DNA from: an uncultured virus (IMG/VR IMGVR_UViG_3300009376_001605)
Lineage: Duplodnaviria > Heunggongvirae > Uroviricota > Caudoviricetes
IMG/VR virus record: IMGVR_UViG_3300009376_001605
Length of the DNA: 20,000 nt
Direction: 5' to 3' (one strand)
In this document: positions 15,142 to 20,000 of the stretch, piece after piece
How the letters are laid out: each line of letters begins with the position of its first letter
How positions within the stretch are numbered: position 1 is the first letter of the stretch
Made by a program: the position numbers and the translations under genes
Notes under the pieces: generated by a model
The model's database searches: none
The model's input: only the letters and a program-made list of their open reading frames with translations
What the model was told of the DNA's origin: nothing

Positions 15142-16881
15142 TTATGTATCTCCGTCCCCGGTGTCCCTGAAGTCATCTAATTCAGCAGGGGTCAATGTTC
15201 GCAATGCATTTCGGCGTTCAGAATCTCTCTTTGATGACTTTCGGCGTTCACCAGGTTTATATCTTTCCATGCCCTCGTCTTTGAGAGCTTTAATAACTAT
15301 CTGTGCAGACCTTGTCTCACCTTCACCTTTTAGCCAGTCAATCAAGTCGCCATCATCGGCTTCACCCTTTCTGGCAAGGTAAGTATTAAACTCTGCATAG
15401 AGCTCAGGAATATCACTTTTTCGACGATCTAGCACTCCATCGATGGCATCTTCATCTGTGCCCCAAGCTTCAAGCCATCCAGGTATAAGCTGTATATCTT
15501 CTCCTGCCATTGCTGTGTAAAGCGTGGCAGCATCATCGGATGTTTCTCCCGGAATCGTTCCCGGCGAGTATCTTTCTTTTTTATTATCTCTAAGGGCTTT
15601 TCGAACCATCCCGGCAACGTTTTGTAGTTTTCCTTCACCACCAAACTGAGTACCGCCCCAAAGACCCTTAGTCTCATCCTCTATCCAGTCGATAAGATCG
15701 TGATAGTATATAGTATCCCCGCGGCGCTCAGGAACCCGAGGTCCTTCTCTCTTCTCTACGGCCTTGCTGAACTCGTCATAGAGCTTGTGCAAGTCGTTTT
15801 TTCCACCTAGCTTTCCAGAACGTCTTTTTATGATATCTGCTACAATAGCTTCTCCGGAAGAACCTTCAACTCCCCAAGCTCCCTTTGAGGTAAAGCCATC
15901 CATCTCATCGTAGAGAATAGTAGCATCTGATTCTTTCTCGTAAGAACCGGTACCCGACGCTGCGAATAAACTAGGTGATTCAATATAAGCGAAAGGCTGG
16001 AGAATGTCATCTCCAATCAGGTTCGCAACTTGCCTTCTTAGATCTTTGCGAGTTTTTACTTCCGGAAGAAGAAAAAGAGGATATAGTGCTAATCCGAAAT
16101 CTTGAAATTCATCAGAATCCCAAGATTGCAATAAAGACTCAGCCTCCTCAACGGCAATCATATCGGAAGCGGTCAGTAAAATCTCGAACAGCCAAACAGC
16201 TGCAGCCGGCATCGCCTTAGCAGTCGTACCACCACTAAGGACAAAGGCGCCGGCCATGACTATAAACCACAAAGTTAAGACGATTCCTATCTTTACTTTC
16301 ATCACGGTCGACTTCCAGCTGAGCTCACCTTTATACGAATCAAATCCCTTTTGAGACTCACTTTTAAAGTCATTAAACCATGCCTTTGATGTGAGAGCAT
16401 TTAAGTAAAGTTTTTTGACCGCAGTCTCTACTCCTGTACCTGATATAAGGCGCTTAGCTTCTGCTTTTAAAAAGTCAGGATCTGTCTCGCTGTTAAGAGA
16501 TCTAAGTCTGTCATTTACAGATTTAGACGTATGTCTGCTAAGGGCTCTGGCTCTTTCATCTTTATCGGCAGATGATTTTACTGCTCCTGACGGCTTCTTT
16601 TTTGACATCCTTTTAAATAAAGTCTGGTAAGCTTTAGATGAAGAATCAAAGCTTTTCCCGACAGCCTTCTCCAGGCGATCAACTTTTTTATCACTTAGTC
16701 TTTCACGCTTGCTATTAAGGCCGATAACTGTAAAATTATCTTTCTCCGGGCTATACTCGTAGTCAAAGGGATCACCCTTCATAACATCCTGGAAATCTCC
16801 GCGGTCTGCAGAAAGTATGATATCGTTTTTTTCCTCAACCTGCTCGAGGAGGGTATTAAGAGAGGAGAGAGAAACCTTCAT
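15142..16881 (-). CDS. 579-aa protein with hydrophobic hairpin and two annexin-like repeats; putative virion-internal protein
   Basis: TM IGIVLTLWFIVMAGAFVL plus AAAVWLFEILL. Repeats DATILYDEMDG...DLIDWIEDE and DAATLYTAMAG...WGTDEDAIDGVL...DLIDWLKGE resemble the annexin consensus. Confidence 0.75.
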   Translation of the reverse strand: MKVSLSSLNTLLEQVEEKNDIILSADRGDFQDVMKGDPFDYEYSPEKDNFTVIGLNSKRERLSDKKVDRLEKAVGKSFDSSSKAYQTLFKRMSKKKPSGAVKSSADKDERARALSRHTSKSVNDRLRSLNSETDPDFLKAEAKRLISGTGVETAVKKLYLNALTSKAWFNDFKSESQKGFDSYKGELSWKSTVMKVKIGIVLTLWFIVMAGAFVLSGGTTAKAMPAAAVWLFEILLTASDMIAVEEAESLLQSWDSDEFQDFGLALYPLFLLPEVKTRKDLRRQVANLIGDDILQPFAYIESPSLFAASGTGSYEKESDATILYDEMDGFTSKGAWGVEGSSGEAIVADIIKRRSGKLGGKNDLHKLYDEFSKAVEKREGPRVPERRGDTIYYHDLIDWIEDETKGLWGGTQFGGEGKLQNVAGMVRKALRDNKKERYSPGTIPGETSDDAATLYTAMAGEDIQLIPGWLEAWGTDEDAIDGVLDRRKSDIPELYAEFNTYLARKGEADDGDLIDWLKGEGETRSAQIVIKALKDEGMERYKPGERRKSSKRDSERRNALRTLTPAELDDFRDTGDGDT

Positions 16882-16883
16882 GC

Positions 16884-17867
16884 TTATTTTTTCCCGTTGA
16901 TCTCATAATCCAAGTAGTGATATACAGAACCGAGATAGTCCGAGGCTTTAGTAATCTTGGACTCAACCCACTCAGGAAGGTCATCGGATTCACGAATCAT
17001 GTGTTCGAGTTTCTGGGAGTATTTAGCAGAACGTCGTAACTGAGATCGAGCCATTGATCCTTCGTCATCGCTATGATCTAGATCGCGAACTTCTTCATCT
17101 TCTTTGGCCGCGGCCGCAAGATCCATTACAACGTGGTCTGATGGGACGTGAGACATACTCATATCTGGTGCACCACATCCACAATGTGCTTCTGAAATGC
17201 CACCGTTAGAAAAGCCAAGCCCGCCTGCAAAACGTGCTTCATTGATATCAACTTCACCTGCAGAATCTCTACCGCCCGTAGCATACCCAGCATATGTAGC
17301 TGCATTCTGAATGCCGGCAATAAGCTCATCAAAGTCATAACCTATCTCAACCTCACCGCGTTCTTGCCCTGGGTACCACCGTTGGATTTTGTGCATAACA
17401 GTAGTTAGATCCTCGTCTTTACCTATTTTTGGATGTCCCATTACGGCAGCTAAGATTTTATGTGTTTCATGGCGCTGATCGTCAGTTCCTGATTTCGTAG
17501 TTCCTGCTGTTTTAAAGACATCCGCCCATGCCTGGACTATTTTAGCATTTTTTGGCTGCTTGGCCCACCCATCTAGATCATCTTCTGCGGTAACACCTTG
17601 ATCCTGTTCCAATAAGGCACGAAGGCTGTATCGGCGCTCTTTAACGATCGGTGTCAAGTCTTGGACGCGCGCCTGCGGTTTTTCAACATCTGCGGGGACA
17701 TCTTCCGGGACATGCTCAAAATCATCTGAGAGTATTCCATTAACATTTGGATCTTCAACAGGTTCCACATCCGAAGGATGTTTCGAGTTGGCGACGTTTT
17801 TTCGATCTTTGAAAGCTTTGAGTTCTTCTTCAATAATAGCTCGGAGGCCTACTTCATTTATCTTCAT
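16884..17867 (-). CDS. Hypothetical acidic protein (327 aa) with MKINEVGLRAIIEEE leader; putative head protein
   Basis: First gene of the coupled cluster; several (I/L)xE sites; helical C-terminus LPEWVESKITKASDYLGSVYHYLDYE. Confidence 0.75.
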   Translation of the reverse strand: MKINEVGLRAIIEEELKAFKDRKNVANSKHPSDVEPVEDPNVNGILSDDFEHVPEDVPADVEKPQARVQDLTPIVKERRYSLRALLEQDQGVTAEDDLDGWAKQPKNAKIVQAWADVFKTAGTTKSGTDDQRHETHKILAAVMGHPKIGKDEDLTTVMHKIQRWYPGQERGEVEIGYDFDELIAGIQNAATYAGYATGGRDSAGEVDINEARFAGGLGFSNGGISEAHCGCGAPDMSMSHVPSDHVVMDLAAAAKEDEEVRDLDHSDDEGSMARSQLRRSAKYSQKLEHMIRESDDLPEWVESKITKASDYLGSVYHYLDYEINGKK

Positions 17868-18158
17868 TTTAAATCCCTTGGGCGACGCGCACTTGAAAAG
17901 TGCAGGTTTTCATATTTTAAATATGCAAAAAGGCTGCTATTATTATACAATCTTTAGATGAGAGAGGAAACCAGTCAGATCTCAAAGATTTTGTCAAATC
18001 TTATGCCGATCTCGCCCGGTAACTTTTAAAGACATTTTTTTATAGGGGCTTCGTATACACCCAAATCATCCCATTAAATCAAACCCGAACCAATCTCAAC
18101 CCTCTCAGACCCCCTCTCAGGCTAAAACAACGGTCCACCCTCACAGTAAGATATAGTC

Positions 18159-18755
18159 ATGGCAAAAAAGAAACGCAGAGTCATCACAGAGGGCGCGAGG
18201 CGCATGGGTCGCGGGAGCGAACGGGTGTACGCTTACACATTCTCCTCGTATCAACGCGCAGCCGGTCCCTATCCGATCAAGGTGGGCATGACGCGCGCAG
18301 GCAGTGCGGAGCGTAGGATAGCGCAGCAGCTCGGGGCGTCTAACGCGGAAACCCCCATCCTCCTATTGGAGATCTCATGCGAACACGCCTCCCTATTAGA
18401 GCGCTCCTTGCATAGCAGACTGAAGAGTAGGCATATAACGGATGTTCCCGGCAAAGAGTGGTTTCGTACGACTCCCGCGGAGATCACTCGACACTTGCGC
18501 GCGTTAGACCCTTCTCACGTAGAATCATTCGGTCAAGGGATGATGGTTTTAGTGGATTGGGTCTGGCGCTGCATATGCGCAGCAACCTCGGGACTCTGGC
18601 AGCTGTTCTCATGGATGTTTAGAATCACGACGAAGAAGAGCAGAAGGCGATGGAAGCGCCGTACTAAGCGAGCCTTAAGGCGCACTGAGGAGAGGGTAGT
18701 GAATACACTGGTGTTCGGGCTGTGTCTCGCGTGTCTAGCGGTGTGTGCTACTTAG
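18159..18755 (+). CDS. T5orf172/MUG113-type GIY-YIG domain protein with hydrophobic C-terminal segments
   Basis: VYAY...IKVGMT...ERRI.Q...LERSLH..L...GKEWF pattern; GC-richer codon usage. Confidence 0.75.
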   Translation: MAKKKRRVITEGARRMGRGSERVYAYTFSSYQRAAGPYPIKVGMTRAGSAERRIAQQLGASNAETPILLLEISCEHASLLERSLHSRLKSRHITDVPGKEWFRTTPAEITRHLRALDPSHVESFGQGMMVLVDWVWRCICAATSGLWQLFSWMFRITTKKSRRRWKRRTKRALRRTEERVVNTLVFGLCLACLAVCAT

Positions 18756-19503
18756 AGATTACGAACAGCGCTGCGCCGTTGTGCCATTCAGACGTTTCGA
18801 ATCTTGTCTTGGTCTGTTTAGACCAATCGCATGCGACCCACCCGTCTGGGGGCGTGTGAACCTCGACTTGCATGTGAATGTTAGCGCCTACCTGATCAAA
18901 TGCCATATATGTGCCGTCGCGCGCCTTCTGCAAGTTCCAGTCATCGACTAAGACGATAGAAATGGGCGCCAGAGCGTCCCACGCTAAGACGATACCATCC
19001 TTCTGGTCTTCTCGGCTGTGCGGCCCATCAAAGAAGTAGATGTCGATTGGGCCATGTATGCCGAAATCTAGCTTTCTGAAATCTTCTTCATGTGAGTTGT
19101 GATTTGAGTTCTTGAAAATATCTGCCTGGCCTTTCCATCGGCCAACTACCTTGTAGTTCTCAATAAACTGCGCCTGAGGCCCACCGAACTCACTCCAGTT
19201 ATCGCATGTCCACGCTGTGATATGCGGATTATTGTAGATCGCTGAGAGCCAGGTGCTTCCGTTCCACGTACCTACCTCCCCGTAAGTGATTCCCTGCCTA
19301 GAACACAAGTTATTGAGCAAGTGACGGTACATGTATCCTGACATACCGTGAAGGCTCAAGAGCTGGATCGCTTCATTTGTGGGATCGAGAGGGATGCTGC
19401 TTTGTTCTTTCTTAGCGCAGTGGAACGCCCACCGGGCGTGACGCATCGCTTCATCGACTGAGGTGAACCGACCGGTACCGTCTGGTTTTCTTAGATCGTA
19501 CAT
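18748..19503 (-). CDS. Class I SAM-dependent methyltransferase (Methyltransf_24-like)
   Basis: YGEVGTWNGST (motif I), IDIYFFDGPH, IVLVDDW. AGGAG SD. Confidence 0.82.
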   Translation of the reverse strand: MYDLRKPDGTGRFTSVDEAMRHARWAFHCAKKEQSSIPLDPTNEAIQLLSLHGMSGYMYRHLLNNLCSRQGITYGEVGTWNGSTWLSAIYNNPHITAWTCDNWSEFGGPQAQFIENYKVVGRWKGQADIFKNSNHNSHEEDFRKLDFGIHGPIDIYFFDGPHSREDQKDGIVLAWDALAPISIVLVDDWNLQKARDGTYMAFDQVGANIHMQVEVHTPPDGWVACDWSKQTKTRFETSEWHNGAALFVISK

Positions 19504-19559
19504 TACATGTCTCCTGCTAGTACATGTGCTTAATTATAATAATTGTACCGTGCGAATGT

Positions 19560-19780
19560 CGGGCATGAAAAAGTTTTCGAAAATTTTCTCGAAGAGATTT
19601 TTGTGAAAATGGGCTTTTTAGTATTGAAAAAAGTTCCCGGAAAATTCTGGAGCAGAGTGAGTCTAGACTTAGGCCAAGCCCACCCCGGGTACCCCCTACA
19701 CAGTTTGCGGGGGCCCCCTGCGCCTAGCCCCCTAAGGGCCCGGCGCCCCTAGCGCCCTGCGTCCAGGCCCCCTGCGTAGT
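19560..19780. other. Structured non-coding region: A/T tracts followed by GC-rich palindromes and repeats
   Basis: TTTTCGAAAA, GGGTACCC and GGGGGCCCCC palindromes; GGCCCCCTGCG twice (19712, 19766); G-runs on the minus strand. Confidence 0.5.
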
Positions 19781-19794
19781 ACCCTCTGCAGGAA

Positions 19795-19980
19795 CTAGGC
19801 TAAGACCAGTACGGCGACCAGTGCGGCAACACCGACACCTAGGGCCAGGACACCGAACATGCCCACGACCACGCCGAACACCTTGACCGTGTTCTTCCAC
19901 GCGTACACGATGAACGACCGTAAGAACGCCACCACGAACCACACCACGAAGAATCCAGCTAAGAGCCACAAGCCTTCCAT
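19795..19980 (-). CDS. Small two-TM membrane protein
   Basis: Two hydrophobic helices. AGGAG SD lies 6 nt before the ATG at 19980, which fits better than the track's start at 19986. Confidence 0.65.
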   Translation of the reverse strand: MEGLWLLAGFFVVWFVVAFLRSFIVYAWKNTVKVFGVVVGMFGVLALGVGVAALVAVLVLA

Positions 19981-20000
19981 GATCATCTCCTATTCGCTGA

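Noticed and set aside
1921..16630. Other short ORFs nested in or antisense to long genes
   Set aside because: Fully overlap well-supported CDSs and have shadow-like composition.
19504..19527. TACATGT repeat flanking the methyltransferase SD as a fifth RBS-occluding hairpin
   Set aside because: The SD falls in the loop and the promoter-like box lies outside, so the geometry differs from the other four.
19543..19969. ORFs 19543..19752(+) and 19724..19969(-)
   Set aside because: Low-complexity translations of the structured non-coding region, or an alternative frame of the membrane gene, without an SD.
1..20000. CRISPR array, stop-codon recoding, inteins/introns, or eukaryotic giant-virus origin
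   Set aside because: No regularly spaced repeats; known families are full length under code 11 with TAA, TAG and TGA all used as stops; no insertions in PrkA or PhoH; tmRNA, SD sites and sigma-4 point to a bacterial host.

Overview
Gene-dense, mostly minus-strand window that looks like a segment of a large (jumbo-type) uncultured tailed bacteriophage. This is an inference from Shine-Dalgarno motifs, stop/start coupling, many unknown ORFs and auxiliary host-like genes; no capsid or terminase gene lies in the window. Left to right it contains: a 3'-truncated GT-B + GT2 fusion glycosyltransferase missing from the ORF track; a PIN-PhoH protein; a lone plus-strand Cys-rich sigma-70 region-4 protein; a complete tmRNA (tag ANDDFDIYAIAA); an Hc1-like histone; a Pol-beta-type nucleotidyltransferase; three small unknown genes; a degenerate GroEL-like chaperonin; a reordered yeaH/yhbH-spoVR-prkA operon; and small tail-anchored and Zn-ribbon proteins. 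Next come four coupled genes sharing an N-terminal MK...L..(I/L)xE leader (likely virion-internal proteins), one of which carries two annexin-like repeats plus a hydrophobic hairpin. The right end is GC-richer and holds a membrane-anchored T5orf172/GIY-YIG protein, a SAM methyltransferase and a structured non-coding region (A-tracts, palindromes, a G4 motif). The main highlights are the annexin-repeat protein, the proteostasis/ribosome-rescue cluster, and a recurrent intergenic design in which an RBS-sequestering inverted repeat has a promoter-like box in its loop.
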